Shown here: piece by piece, positions 26,794-36,405 of the stretch
Layout: each line of letters opens with the position of its first letter
How positions within the stretch are numbered: the stretch's first letter is position 1
Source: Planctomycetota bacterium
GTDB taxonomy: Bacteria > Planctomycetota > PUPC01 > DSUN01
Length of the DNA: 64,000 nt
Direction of reading: 5' to 3'
Assembly (NCBI GenBank): GCA_041320515.1
Contig: JBGLNR010000001.1
Coordinates: 1,510,201-1,574,200, forward strand
Translations under genes and position numbers: made by a program
The notes under the pieces: model-generated
The model's database searches: none
Seen by the model: the letters and a program-made list of their open reading frames with translations, nothing else
Told to the model about the DNA's origin: nothing

Positions 26794-29655
26794 GTGCTGG
26801 GCGCCGAGGTCGCTCTTGCCGCGGCGGGCGGCTGGGACCCGTTCGCAGCGCCCCCGAAGGAGTCGGATGACGCCAGACGGAAGCACCTCCAGAAGGCGGA
26901 AAAGCTGGCGCAGTCGGCCCTGGAGAAGCACCCCAACTGTGGCCCCGCCCACCGCCTGCTCGCCGAGGCGGCCATGCGGATGGGCGGCGCCGACCGCGCC
27001 ATTCTCCACCTCCGCCGGGCGCTGCAACTCGAGCCCGAATCTCGTGCGACCCGTTTGGCCGCCGCGGACGCGTTCATCCGCGCGGGGAGGCCCCAGGAGG
27101 CCCTCGAACACTGCCGTTACGTGGCCACGCAACTGGACGCCCTGGGCGAGCTGGGGGACCAGGAGCGGAGCCAACTCCTGCGGGCGTTGAGCCGCGCGGG
27201 ACGGCTGGCGTCGGACCTCAAGATGGGCGAGCAAGCCGTCCGCTTCTGGAACACGTATCTCCTGGCAGGCGGAGACAGGGGGGTGGGACACGTGGGCCTA
27301 GTCATCGGCCACTACGTGAAGGGCGACTACGCGCAGGCCGTCGAGGAGGGCAACAGGGCCACCCGCTACATCACACCCACGGAGCCCAGTTGGGAGCTTC
27401 GCTACTACCGGGGGCTGTCGTACCTGGAGATGAAGCGCTACGACCCGGCGGCGGAGGACCTGCGGGTCGCCGCCACGATTCGCCAGGACGCCCGAGCGCT
27501 GTACGCGCTCGGCATCGCGCTCCTGCGGGATGGCGAGCGTGCCGAGGCGCGGGGCGCCCTCGTGGAGGCGTTGCACCTGGACCCGCGCCACGCGGCAGCG
27601 CTCCAGGAGCTGGTGGGCCTGTACGAGGCCGATGGCGAGACCGTGGCCGCCCTGGAGATGCTGCGGCGCTCCGTCGCCGCGGCGCCGGCGGCGCGCGAGC
27701 TGCGCGAGCTGCTCGCCCGCTTCTGCCTGCGCCACGGCCTGGACGCCGATGCCGAGGAGGCCCTTCACGCCCTCCACCAGCTCAAGCCGCCGTCGGCCCC
27801 GGCCGCGGCCGCTCTGGCCGCGTTCTACGGGGAGAGGGATGACCCCGAACGGGCGCTGCCACTTGCCCGCGAGGCCATGGCGCTCGAGCCGGCCTCCGCC
27901 GACTTCGCCCACCTGGCGGCCAAGCTCGAGGCCGGCCTCGGGCGCACCGGGGAGGCGATCGCGCATTTCGAGCAGGCCCTGCGCCTGGACCCCAAGCGAG
28001 CCGAGGCGTACGTGGACTGGGCCGCCACACTCGAGGCCGCAGGGGACCAGGCTGGCACGGAAGAGGTCCTCGCCCGCGCTCGCAGGGCCCTGCCCACCGC
28101 CACAGCCGTGCGCTGCGCCTACGCGCGCTTCTGCCTCGCGGGCGGGCGCGCGGAGGAAGCCGTCGCCGAACTCCGAAGGGCGAGCGACGCGGACCGCCGC
28201 GACCTCAGGCCGCGCACGGCGCTCGTGGACCACTTCCTGGCGGCCGGCGGGCGCGAGGAGGCGCTCCAAGTGGCCCGTGAGGCGGTGGACGCACTGCCGA
28301 AGAACATCGAGGCCCACAAGCTCGTCGCCCGCGTCCATCGGGCGCGCGGCGACTGGGAGAAGCTGGTCCTCGTTCTGCGTGAGGCCGCGAGGCTGCCGGG
28401 GGGCAGGGAGGAGGTGCTGCCACAGCGGCTGGCCGCCGAGATGCACGAAGGCATCTACGGCGCTGCGCAGGAGGCAGGCGCCCCCGAGCCTGCCGGCACC
28501 CAGGCCGCGCGGAGGAGCCTGGCCCTCATGGTGGCGATCTCGCGGTTCTTCGCGGGAAACAGGACGGAGGCAGTCGCAGACGTGGGGCGCGTCGCCAGTG
28601 GGGACCGCCACGACTGCGACGCCGGCTTCGTCCTCTCCCTCATGCAACTGGCCATGAGCCAGCCGGCGCTCCGGGCGCCAGCCTGCCGCGACTACGCCGT
28701 GCCCAGCGTGGCGCTCGACGCATGGCGCGACCTCGCCCAGCCCAAGGACGCCTCCGGCGTCGAGGATACGGAACGCGACCCGCGCAACCTGCCCGACCGG
28801 GGGACCGTGGGAAGCCCGCACAAGGACCTCCGGGCCGAGGAAGTGAAGCAGATCGCCGAGCGCCTCCTTCATGCCTACGCGTACGAACGGGCCGGCTGGC
28901 CCGACACGGCGGCGGGGGAGATGGAGCGCATCCTGAAGATCGCGCCCGACTGCTTGTTCGCCTGCACCATGGCCCCCGTGCTGTGGGAGCGCGCCGGCGA
29001 GCGCGCGAAGGCCATCGCCGCCTGCGAACGCGCCATCGGGAGCCGCAAGGGCTTCGCCTACGGCCGCCTCCTTCTAGGGGACCTGTGCCTGCTGGATGGC
29101 AAGCTGGACCGTGCGAAGGCCCTCTACGCGGAGGCGGCAAAGGACGAGAAGGCGCCCTTCGAGGCACGCACGAAGCTCGCCCTCATCGCGTCGCTCGCGG
29201 GGGACGAGCAGGGCGCCATCGAGGCCTGGCGGGAGATCGTCCGCGTGCAGCCCCGGCACATGCCCGCCTGTAACAACCTTGCCTGGCTTCTGGCCACCGC
29301 GTCCGAGCCGCAACTCGCCGAGGCCGCCGCAGCGGCCCAGAACACCTTCGAGGTGGCGGGAGAAATCCCCGCCGCACTCGACACCGTGGGCTGGGTGCGG
29401 CACCTGCGTGGCGACCGCCTGCGGGCGCTCGATGCCCTGCAAGCGGCTGCGCGGCTGGCCCCGCACAGGGCGATAGCGCTGCTTCATCTCGGCATGGCCT
29501 GCCTCCGGGAGGGGCGGGTGGCGGAGGCCAGAAAGGCCCTGGCGCGTGCGGTCGAACTCGCGCCGCACGAGCCCCTCGCGGACCGCGCCCGCCAGGCGCT
29601 CCGCGACCTGCGCCTGGCTGGGGCCGGTGAGAAGGGGGCGGGCGATGGCCAGTAG
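26794..29655 (+). CDS. Large TPR-repeat protein, apparently 5'-truncated (TPR homology extends upstream to about 26620 with no start codon)
   Basis: 953-aa ORF of TPR-like helices. The same frame upstream reads EGRLDEAIASFELARAARPGDPAPLCGLAACYKGKGQLDRAAAWAEQAIALDP without a start codon. Confidence 0.75.
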   Translation: MLGAEVALAAAGGWDPFAAPPKESDDARRKHLQKAEKLAQSALEKHPNCGPAHRLLAEAAMRMGGADRAILHLRRALQLEPESRATRLAAADAFIRAGRPQEALEHCRYVATQLDALGELGDQERSQLLRALSRAGRLASDLKMGEQAVRFWNTYLLAGGDRGVGHVGLVIGHYVKGDYAQAVEEGNRATRYITPTEPSWELRYYRGLSYLEMKRYDPAAEDLRVAATIRQDARALYALGIALLRDGERAEARGALVEALHLDPRHAAALQELVGLYEADGETVAALEMLRRSVAAAPAARELRELLARFCLRHGLDADAEEALHALHQLKPPSAPAAAALAAFYGERDDPERALPLAREAMALEPASADFAHLAAKLEAGLGRTGEAIAHFEQALRLDPKRAEAYVDWAATLEAAGDQAGTEEVLARARRALPTATAVRCAYARFCLAGGRAEEAVAELRRASDADRRDLRPRTALVDHFLAAGGREEALQVAREAVDALPKNIEAHKLVARVHRARGDWEKLVLVLREAARLPGGREEVLPQRLAAEMHEGIYGAAQEAGAPEPAGTQAARRSLALMVAISRFFAGNRTEAVADVGRVASGDRHDCDAGFVLSLMQLAMSQPALRAPACRDYAVPSVALDAWRDLAQPKDASGVEDTERDPRNLPDRGTVGSPHKDLRAEEVKQIAERLLHAYAYERAGWPDTAAGEMERILKIAPDCLFACTMAPVLWERAGERAKAIAACERAIGSRKGFAYGRLLLGDLCLLDGKLDRAKALYAEAAKDEKAPFEARTKLALIASLAGDEQGAIEAWREIVRVQPRHMPACNNLAWLLATASEPQLAEAAAAAQNTFEVAGEIPAALDTVGWVRHLRGDRLRALDALQAAARLAPHRAIALLHLGMACLREGRVAEARKALARAVELAPHEPLADRARQALRDLRLAGAGEKGAGDGQ

Positions 29656-32600
29656 CACCCCCCGAACTCTCCTCGCCGCGCTGGCGCTCGCCGCCGTGGG
29701 GACGCCTGGCAGGGCGGACCCCATCACGTCATGGCCCTCCCTCGAAGCCCAGCGCGCGCGGCCTGGGGGCCTCTTCGCCGCCTGGAGCCTCGACCAGAGG
29801 AATGTCCTGGCCGCGCTCCGAGCCTTCGAGAGAGCGGACCCTGACAGGGACATCGCGGCGTTGCGGCGGCGCGCGGCGGATGACCCCGCCGACCTGGACA
29901 CAGCGGACGCCTTGGCGGCGCGGTGCGCCCGCAAAGGGTTGTTCCACCAGGCCGTGCCGCTGTTCCAGGGGATTCTGGAACTCGACCCCACGTTCACGCG
30001 AAGCCGGCTGAACCTCGCCGAACTGCTCCGCGACCTGGGGTCGCTCGACCTCGCCGACCAGGAGCTTGTGGCGGGGCTCAAGCGGGAGCCGGATTCGCAG
30101 GTTCTCTGGCGTGCCACGGCTGAGCTTCGGGCGGCCAGGGGGGACGCAAGCGGGGCCGCGGTGGCCTGGAAGGAAGTCGTTCGCCTGAGGCCCGACGACC
30201 GCGAAGCGCTGCTTCACCATGCGCGCGCCTGGGCGCGAACCGGCGCCCGAGAGGCGGCGCAAGCGGCATTGGGTCGCGTGGAACGGGCCGCTACGGGGAC
30301 ACACTCCGTTGCGAGTGTGTCCCCATCTGCGCAACTGGAGCTGGGGAACCTCCAGCGCGGCCTGGGCGACCTGCGGGCCGCGCGCGAGGCGTGGGAGAAG
30401 CTCCTCAACGGGCCGGCGCGGGGCGCCGCGGCGGTCCAGCTCGCCCTCCTGCACCTCTATCGCGGCGAGTTCCGCGAGGCCAACGCGCGCCTGGGCGGCG
30501 CGGGGACACACTCCGTTGCGAGTGTGTCCCCTGAAGATGCGACCCCGCCGGACGGGGACGCCATGCTGCTGGCCGCACGGGCAGCGATTGCGCAGGGGCT
30601 TGGGGACCGCGATGCGGTGCTGTCGTTGTGCGGCCAAATCAGGGCGGTAGGCCGGCCACGCCTGGCCGCGACCCTCCTGACGAGCCTTTGGCTGGCCGAA
30701 GGCGACTCCGCGGCCATCCAGGCCGTGTGGGCGGCGTTCCCCCAGGGAGGCGATGGCGCGGCGGATGCCTACCGCCAACTGGTCACACTCACGGCCAGCA
30801 CCCCCGACAGCCGTCCCGCGCTGGCCCTCAAGCTCAGCCGGGCCGAGGTCCTCAAGGAAGCCGGCTGGCTGGCCCAGGCCATCGAGCTTCTCGAGGCGGC
30901 CGGGGGGACACACTCCGTTGCGAGTGTGTCCCCACAGGTCAAGAGCAGCCTCGTCGTCGGCGAGGCCCTGGCCCTGTGCTACAAGGCTGCCGGCCGCCGA
31001 GAGCGCGAGCTGGCCGTGCGCCAGGAAGTCGCCGATGCCCGCCCCGACAACCCCCTGGCGTCCAGCAGGCTCGTCTGGGCACTGATCGACTGCGGCGAAT
31101 GGACGCGGGCCGAGGAGCGGTGCCGGGACTTCCTCAAGCGCTTCGAAGGCGACCTCGAGAGCCGTGTGGCGGGCGCTACCATCGCCATCCGCAAGGGCGA
31201 CTACGCGACGGCCAAGGAAGACTGGGAGAAGATCGCCGGGAAGCACACCGCCGACGAGAGGCCGTATGCCTTGCTGCTCGACGCCATTGTGCGGTCCGGG
31301 CAGTTCAAGGACGGCCCGGTGGCCATCCGAGGCAGGGAGGGGACGCTCCCCACCTTCGTGCCCGGGCCGCTGGAACGGGCCATCCTGGCCGCCGGCGAGG
31401 AAAAGTGGGACGAGGCGCTGACCCAAGCCCAGCGGGGGCTGCGCCTGACCCCGCGGGACCATAGACTCTGGCTGCTCGCCGGGGCCGCGCTGGAGCGCAA
31501 GGGCGATGTCGGCGGGACCGCGGCGCGGTACCGCGTCGCGGCCTGGCTCCGGCCCGACCAGCCCTCTCTCCAGGAGACGCTGGCGCGCACAGCCTCCCGT
31601 GCCGGCATGCTCGCCGTGGCGGCCGATGCATACCGCACGGCGATCGGCCAGGGAGCGCCGTCCGACGTGCAGCTTGAGTTCGCGGACGCCCTTCTCCAAT
31701 GGGGCCGCCAGGACGAAGCGATCGCCGTCCTCGGGGCCGTGCGGCCCGCCTCCGCCGCGCAGCGCGAGGCGGTCACCCTGCGCCTGGCCGAAGCTCGCCT
31801 CGCAAAGGGCGAGGCCGACCAAGCTCTGGAACTTGTCCAAGGCCTCCTCGCCAAGGACCCTGGGGCGCCGAGTGCGAAGCGCGTCGCACGGATGGCGTGC
31901 CAGGCCAAGGGCGACCTGGACGGGGCGATCAAGATCTGTGAGGCGGCGGGTCCGGGTCCCGACGCTGCCTCGGCGGATGCCGAACTGGGGCTGCTGTACC
32001 TCCTGGCACGGCGCTACAGGGAGGCCGGCGAGAAGCTCGACAGCGCCGGCGCACGGGCCACCGAGGGCGCCACACGCGCGGAATTGCGCCAGAGGCAGGC
32101 CATCGCACTCATCGGGCAGAACGCCCCGGAGAAGGCTCTGGCCGTACTGAAGGAGATTCAGACGGAACTCAGCGTGCGCACGGGGCGGAACGACGACCTG
32201 GTGGTGCTGTTCGCCGCCGTGGGAGGCGGGGCCGCGGCCGAAGCGTTGCTCAGCCAGATCGCCAAGAGCGACGCGACCAGGGGCGGCTGGCTCCGCGGCG
32301 CCCTGCCGGCCCTGGCGAAGGACAGGGCACTCGCGGCCATGGTCCTCACCGCATACGAGGCCGAGCGCTCGCAGTGGCACGGCAAGGCGGGGGAACTGTT
32401 CGCCAAGGCGGCCAAGAGCGCGCCCGACGCCGCCCTCTGGCTCCTGGAGGCGGCCGAAGCCCACGCCAACGCGGGCCAGCTCGACGCCGCGCTCGCCCTC
32501 GCACGGCAACTCGTCGCCGCCTGCCCGAGCACGGCCGAAGCCTATCTCCTCCTCGCCTCGGTCCTCGACAAGCAGGGCAACGCGGAGGCCGCCTTGGCCG

Positions 32601-33121
32601 AACACGCGCGCGGCGCCGCCATGCTGGGCAAGCAGGCCGTCAGCCGGCGACGCGCCGTGGCCGACAGGCTTCGGGCGGGAGGCAGCATCGAGGCCGCCAT
32701 CGCCGCCTACCGCGCCCTCCTCGACGCGGCGCCCGACGACCTGGCGGCCGCCCGCGCGCTCGCCTCGCTCTACGCCGCCCACAAGCCCGACCTCTTGGCC
32801 GAGGCCGAGCGCCTCGCCGCCCTCGCCGTCAAGGGCGACCCCAGCAACGCCGCCGCCCGCGACACGCTCGGCTGGATACACTTCCTGGCGAAAAGGCCGG
32901 AGGCCGCACGGCCCGAGATACTGGCCGCCATCGCCCTCGAACCCCGAAACGCCCTCCACTACTACCACCTGGGCATGGTCGAGTTCGTCCGAAGCCGCAA
33001 GGAGCGGGCCGGCCGCGCCCTGCGAATCGCCCTCGCCCTCGACCCCAAGCTCCCCGACGCCCAGACCGCGCGCTCCACCCTCGAGGCCATCGAGAGCGAG
33101 TCCCCCGCCCCGCGGCCCTGA
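29645..33121 (+). CDS. Very large secreted TPR-repeat protein
   Basis: ATG at 29645 overlaps the upstream stop by 11 nt. Signal peptide TLLAALALAAVGTPGRA, then TPR-like repeats throughout. It carries three in-frame 30-bp palindromes. Confidence 0.8.
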   Translation: MASSTPRTLLAALALAAVGTPGRADPITSWPSLEAQRARPGGLFAAWSLDQRNVLAALRAFERADPDRDIAALRRRAADDPADLDTADALAARCARKGLFHQAVPLFQGILELDPTFTRSRLNLAELLRDLGSLDLADQELVAGLKREPDSQVLWRATAELRAARGDASGAAVAWKEVVRLRPDDREALLHHARAWARTGAREAAQAALGRVERAATGTHSVASVSPSAQLELGNLQRGLGDLRAAREAWEKLLNGPARGAAAVQLALLHLYRGEFREANARLGGAGTHSVASVSPEDATPPDGDAMLLAARAAIAQGLGDRDAVLSLCGQIRAVGRPRLAATLLTSLWLAEGDSAAIQAVWAAFPQGGDGAADAYRQLVTLTASTPDSRPALALKLSRAEVLKEAGWLAQAIELLEAAGGTHSVASVSPQVKSSLVVGEALALCYKAAGRRERELAVRQEVADARPDNPLASSRLVWALIDCGEWTRAEERCRDFLKRFEGDLESRVAGATIAIRKGDYATAKEDWEKIAGKHTADERPYALLLDAIVRSGQFKDGPVAIRGREGTLPTFVPGPLERAILAAGEEKWDEALTQAQRGLRLTPRDHRLWLLAGAALERKGDVGGTAARYRVAAWLRPDQPSLQETLARTASRAGMLAVAADAYRTAIGQGAPSDVQLEFADALLQWGRQDEAIAVLGAVRPASAAQREAVTLRLAEARLAKGEADQALELVQGLLAKDPGAPSAKRVARMACQAKGDLDGAIKICEAAGPGPDAASADAELGLLYLLARRYREAGEKLDSAGARATEGATRAELRQRQAIALIGQNAPEKALAVLKEIQTELSVRTGRNDDLVVLFAAVGGGAAAEALLSQIAKSDATRGGWLRGALPALAKDRALAAMVLTAYEAERSQWHGKAGELFAKAAKSAPDAALWLLEAAEAHANAGQLDAALALARQLVAACPSTAEAYLLLASVLDKQGNAEAALAEHARGAAMLGKQAVSRRRAVADRLRAGGSIEAAIAAYRALLDAAPDDLAAARALASLYAAHKPDLLAEAERLAALAVKGDPSNAAARDTLGWIHFLAKRPEAARPEILAAIALEPRNALHYYHLGMVEFVRSRKERAGRALRIALALDPKLPDAQTARSTLEAIESESPAPRP
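30295..30324. repeat. 30-bp perfect palindrome GGGGACACACTC-CGTTGC-GAGTGTGTCCCC, copy 1, inside a CDS
   Basis: 12-bp stem and 6-nt loop. Translated in frame as GTHSVASVSP. Confidence 0.95.
30502..30531. repeat. 30-bp perfect palindrome, copy 2, inside a CDS
   Basis: Identical 30-mer in the same codon phase. Start-to-start distance from copy 1 is 207 nt. Confidence 0.95.
30904..30933. repeat. 30-bp perfect palindrome, copy 3, inside a CDS
   Basis: Identical 30-mer in the same codon phase. Start-to-start distance from copy 2 is 402 nt. Confidence 0.95.
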
Positions 33122-33141
33122 CGCGCCGCAAGGAGAACCAC

Positions 33142-33387
33142 GTGAGCGAGCAGCGAACCCTCCTCGCCTACTTCCCCTCCGAGGAGATCAGGATCTACCA
33201 GCGAGGGGACGAGATGGACATTGACCACCCCGACGTGGTCGAGCGCCGCGTCGCCGAGGAGGCCGGCGCCTTCGTCATCCACCTCCTCGAAAAGGAGGCG
33301 GAGACCTTCGAGAAGATACGGGAGTCGGGCAACTGGAAGAAGCTGGACGCCGCCTTCGCCGCCTGGCGCCGCGCCCGCGGCGTGTAG
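33142..33387 (+). CDS. Small acidic hypothetical protein (81 aa)
   Basis: GTG start 5 nt after AAGGAGAA. Composition looks coding. No recognisable domain. Confidence 0.55.
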   Translation: MSEQRTLLAYFPSEEIRIYQRGDEMDIDHPDVVERRVAEEAGAFVIHLLEKEAETFEKIRESGNWKKLDAAFAAWRRARGV

Positions 33388-33397
33388 GCCCAACGAA

Positions 33398-33427
33398 GAA
33401 GGGCAGCGGCCACAGCCACTGCCCTTC
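33398..33427. terminator. Stem-loop between the small ORF and tRNA-Gly
   Basis: GAAGGGCAG ... CTGCCCTTC forms a 9-bp stem. There is no U-tract. Confidence 0.4.
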
Positions 33428-33431
33428 GCGG

Positions 33432-33507
<76 letters not shown>

Positions 33508-33581
33508 ACTGTCAGCCAGTATCTTACCGCGCGGGCGGCCGCTTGTCAAGTGGTTTTCATGGCACCGTGGAGCGCCTGACG

Positions 33582-33720
33582 GAATGAAGCCGCGCTCCGG
33601 TCAAGGCGCTGCCCTGTAGGCGGGGCGTCTCTGCCCCGCGTGGCCACCCTGTAGGCGGGGCGTCTCTGCCCCGCGTGGCGGCCCGCGGGCCAGGGAACGG
33701 CCCGCCTACAGGCTTCATTC
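33582..33720. repeat. MITE/REP-like composite palindromic element
   Basis: Outer inverted repeats are GAATGAAGCC...CTGTAGGCGGG and CCCGCCTACAGGCTTCATTC. Inside are two tandem copies (33612-33644, 33647-33679) of ccctgtaggcggggcgtctctgccccgcgtggc. The core also occurs at 52389-52414. Confidence 0.85.
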
Positions 33721-33841
33721 GTCTTGATGCTCTCAGGGCGGGGGGTGTTGCCCGCATGGCCGACGACCTGTACACCGACCTCCTCGGCATCCCGCGCCGG
33801 CGGTCACGACCGATGCCGCGTTCAAGCGAATCAAGGACTTC

Positions 33842-35638
33842 GTGCTCGCCCTGAAGGAGAGTCCCAGCCGAGACCAGATCATCTTCACAACAGTGGAGTT
33901 GCGGGCAGCGCTGGAGGGCCCCTCCACACCGGGCGTCGGGCCGCGTCCTACCGAGGAGCATGAGGGGACACTGGCCGACGATCAACTGCTGACCGCAGTC
34001 GGGCACTTGGCCAGTGAAGGCTTCGTTCGGCTGCTCACGTTGTCAACCGGGGAGCAGCGCATCCTGCTCGTGCCCGAGCTGTTGAATAATCTGGCATCGT
34101 CGGTCGTGCTCGAAGCCCGGCGGAACCCGCGTGGGCTGGGGGCAGTCGAGGAGAGCAAGCTCTTCGACAACAGCTACGGCTTTCGGGAACTCGAATCCCT
34201 ATCCGAGTCCGATCAGGCGCTGTTGCTCGACGGAACGGTCACGGCGTTCCTCGAGAACCGGCTCACTTACCGTTGCTTCCGCGAGTCGTGGGGCGAGATG
34301 AAGCTGCTGGTGTTCCCCGAGCTGATGAACCTGAAGAAGCCGCAGCGCGACGACCTGGCGACCGAGGATGGGGCCTCGTACATCCTCTCGGGCTCGACCG
34401 AGAACACCTTTGCCGGACTGGTCGTGCTGCTCGGCTACACGGATCTGTTTCTCCGCACCGATCAGGCGCACGACGTGGCGTGGTTCGAGTCCGACCGCAA
34501 GGATATCTGCGGCGTGCGACAGGTTCGCGACGACCAGGAACGGGCGCTGGTGCTGCTCTTCAGCCGCAGCGTCAGCGCCCACGTCCGCAGGGTCTTCGAG
34601 GGGCTGGTGGAACAGGTGCTGGGCCACCGGGAAATCAGCGTGCGACGGCTGCGTCCGGTGAACTGTCCGCACTGCCACATGGTGGTGGAGCGGACCGTGA
34701 TGGCTCGGCGGCTCAAGCAGGGCAAGGCGACGGTCTACTGCGAGGACTGCGGCAACCTCGTCGTCTTGCCGCCCGACGAGCCGCTCACCGTTTACCCGGC
34801 GGAACGAGTAGCCATCACGCACCAAGGAGCCATCGCCGAACTGCGGACGCGGTTCGAGGAAGTGATCTACGAACTGCTGCGACTCGCGCAGGCCGAGAAG
34901 CGGCCCGCGCCAACCTGTTTCCTGAGCTATGCCTGGGGCAACGCGGATCACGAGCGCTGGGTCGAACGCCGGCTGGCAATGGACCTCGAGAAGGCCGGCA
35001 TCACCGTGGTGCTCGACCGGTGGGAGACAGCGCGCGCCGGAGCCAGCATCGAGCGTTTTCTGGAGCGCATCGCAAAGGCGGACCGGGTGCTAGTCGTGGG
35101 CACGCCGGCGTATCGGCAGAAGCACGAGAAGCAAGACCCCAGCACTGGCACAGCGGTGGCCGCCGAGATCAAGCTGGTCTTGGCTCGGCTGTCGGCAACC
35201 GAAGCCGAGAGCGACTCGGTCATCCCGTTGCTGCTGGAGGGCGCGCCCGAGGAGTCGCTGCCTCCCGCCCTGCGGACCCGCGCCTTCAGCGACTTCCGCG
35301 ACGACGACCGCTACTTCGACACCGCGCTCGATCTGCTGCTGGGCCTGTATCGCATCCCGTCCGACCATCCGGCGGCGAAGCACTGGAGACAAGTGCTGGG
35401 CGGCGGCGAGCTGGGCCGGCGTGCGATGGAAGCAAGCGGGGAAGATGAGCTGCCAACCGACGAGAGGCTGATGAAACGCGCCCTGAGGCAGGTTGGCCGC
35501 CACGCACTGAGCCTGGCGTTCAAGAACGGCAAGCCTGTGGTCGTCGAGCAACATGGCCAACTGGTCTGGCTGTATGCCGATGGAACGACGAAACCCTACG
35601 ACCCCGGGACGAACGGCAATACCGGGGCTGTCCCATGA
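33842..35638 (+). CDS. Multidomain protein: COR-like winged-helix region, CxxC...CxxC zinc ribbon, TIR-like domain and a small C-terminal antitoxin-like tail
   Basis: The N-terminal ~270 aa resemble Roc-COR COR domains. Zinc ribbon CPHCH...CEDCG is at nt 34664-34750. The TIR-like block CFLSYAWGNADHERWVERRLAMDLEKAGITVVLDRWE...ADRVLVVGTPAYRQK...AAEIKLV is at about nt 34913-35356. The start is uncertain: an ATG at 33756 in another frame reads MADDLYTDLLGIP and would join this frame with a 1-nt indel. Confidence 0.75.
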   Translation: MLALKESPSRDQIIFTTVELRAALEGPSTPGVGPRPTEEHEGTLADDQLLTAVGHLASEGFVRLLTLSTGEQRILLVPELLNNLASSVVLEARRNPRGLGAVEESKLFDNSYGFRELESLSESDQALLLDGTVTAFLENRLTYRCFRESWGEMKLLVFPELMNLKKPQRDDLATEDGASYILSGSTENTFAGLVVLLGYTDLFLRTDQAHDVAWFESDRKDICGVRQVRDDQERALVLLFSRSVSAHVRRVFEGLVEQVLGHREISVRRLRPVNCPHCHMVVERTVMARRLKQGKATVYCEDCGNLVVLPPDEPLTVYPAERVAITHQGAIAELRTRFEEVIYELLRLAQAEKRPAPTCFLSYAWGNADHERWVERRLAMDLEKAGITVVLDRWETARAGASIERFLERIAKADRVLVVGTPAYRQKHEKQDPSTGTAVAAEIKLVLARLSATEAESDSVIPLLLEGAPEESLPPALRTRAFSDFRDDDRYFDTALDLLLGLYRIPSDHPAAKHWRQVLGGGELGRRAMEASGEDELPTDERLMKRALRQVGRHALSLAFKNGKPVVVEQHGQLVWLYADGTTKPYDPGTNGNTGAVP

Positions 35639-36405
35639 CCGAAGCAGCAGCGAAACGCTTGCGGATGTTTGCTGGGCCGAACGGCTCCGGCAAATCGCGC
35701 ATCAGCCGGGATCTGGCGGCGGCCGGGCTGTTCCACCTGTACCACTACCTGAACGCCGATGACGTGGAACAGGCGTTGGTCAGCACTGGATTGGACTTCG
35801 CGCGTTTCGGCATTGATGTCTCGTTCGCGGACCTGTGCCGCTCACTCAAGGGAGGCGGGCGGTTGGCGGACGACCATCCTTTCTTCCGTGACGCCCGACT
35901 CGATGGTTCCGTGTTGAGCGCACCACTGGGCAACGGATACCTCGCCGCAGCCATCGTGGATTTCCTCCGCGAACAACTGATGCAGAAGGGCGTTTCGTTC
36001 TCGTTCGAAACCGTCATGTCGCACCCCAGCAAGATCGAGTTCTTTGCGAGAGCGAGGGCCGCGGGCTACAAAACCTATCTGTACTTCGTCTGCACGAACT
36101 CGCCGGACTTGAACGTTGCAAGGGTGCGCACTCGCGTGGAGAACACCGGCGGGCATGCCGTACCGGAAGACAAGATCCGCGAACGGTACCCCCGCTGTCT
36201 GAAACTGGTACGCGGCGCGCTCCAGCACGCGTACCGGGCCTACTTCTTCGACAACTCGGGGAGCGAACCTGTCTGGCTGGCTGAGTTCGACCCGGAACAC
36301 ATCTGTCATCTGAAGCTGTCCTCAGCCAGCTTGCCAACATGGTTCCGCGAGTGGGTTTGGGACCCCGACGCGGCCTCAAAGGATTGGCAGGGGAACACCT
36401 CATGA
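35635..36405 (+). CDS. Zeta-toxin-like P-loop kinase/ATPase (COG4185-type)
   Basis: Walker [31 protein letters not shown] and YFFDNSG are typical of zeta/COG4185 proteins. The start overlaps the upstream stop (ATGA). Confidence 0.8.
   Translation: MTEAAAKRLRMFAGPNGSGKSRISRDLAAAGLFHLYHYLNADDVEQALVSTGLDFARFGIDVSFADLCRSLKGGGRLADDHPFFRDARLDGSVLSAPLGNGYLAAAIVDFLREQLMQKGVSFSFETVMSHPSKIEFFARARAAGYKTYLYFVCTNSPDLNVARVRTRVENTGGHAVPEDKIRERYPRCLKLVRGALQHAYRAYFFDNSGSEPVWLAEFDPEHICHLKLSSASLPTWFREWVWDPDAASKDWQGNTS

Noticed and set aside
30295-30933. Possible CRISPR array, from three identical 30-bp repeats.
   Set aside because: Spacing is irregular (177-nt and 372-nt gaps). There are only three copies, each a perfect full-length palindrome, and all lie inside a continuous TPR reading frame. 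No cas genes or leader are present.
29729-32968. 1079-aa ORF on the minus strand opposite the TPR gene. Similar long antisense ORFs lie at 1785-3536, 11389-13323, 50506-52215, 53145-55028 and 55206-57608.
   Set aside because: These are mirror ORFs typical of high-GC DNA. Their translations are Arg/Gly/Pro/Ala-rich with no motifs, while the opposite strand carries recognisable domains (TPR, C25, GH2, PQQ and others) together with RBS and signal peptides.
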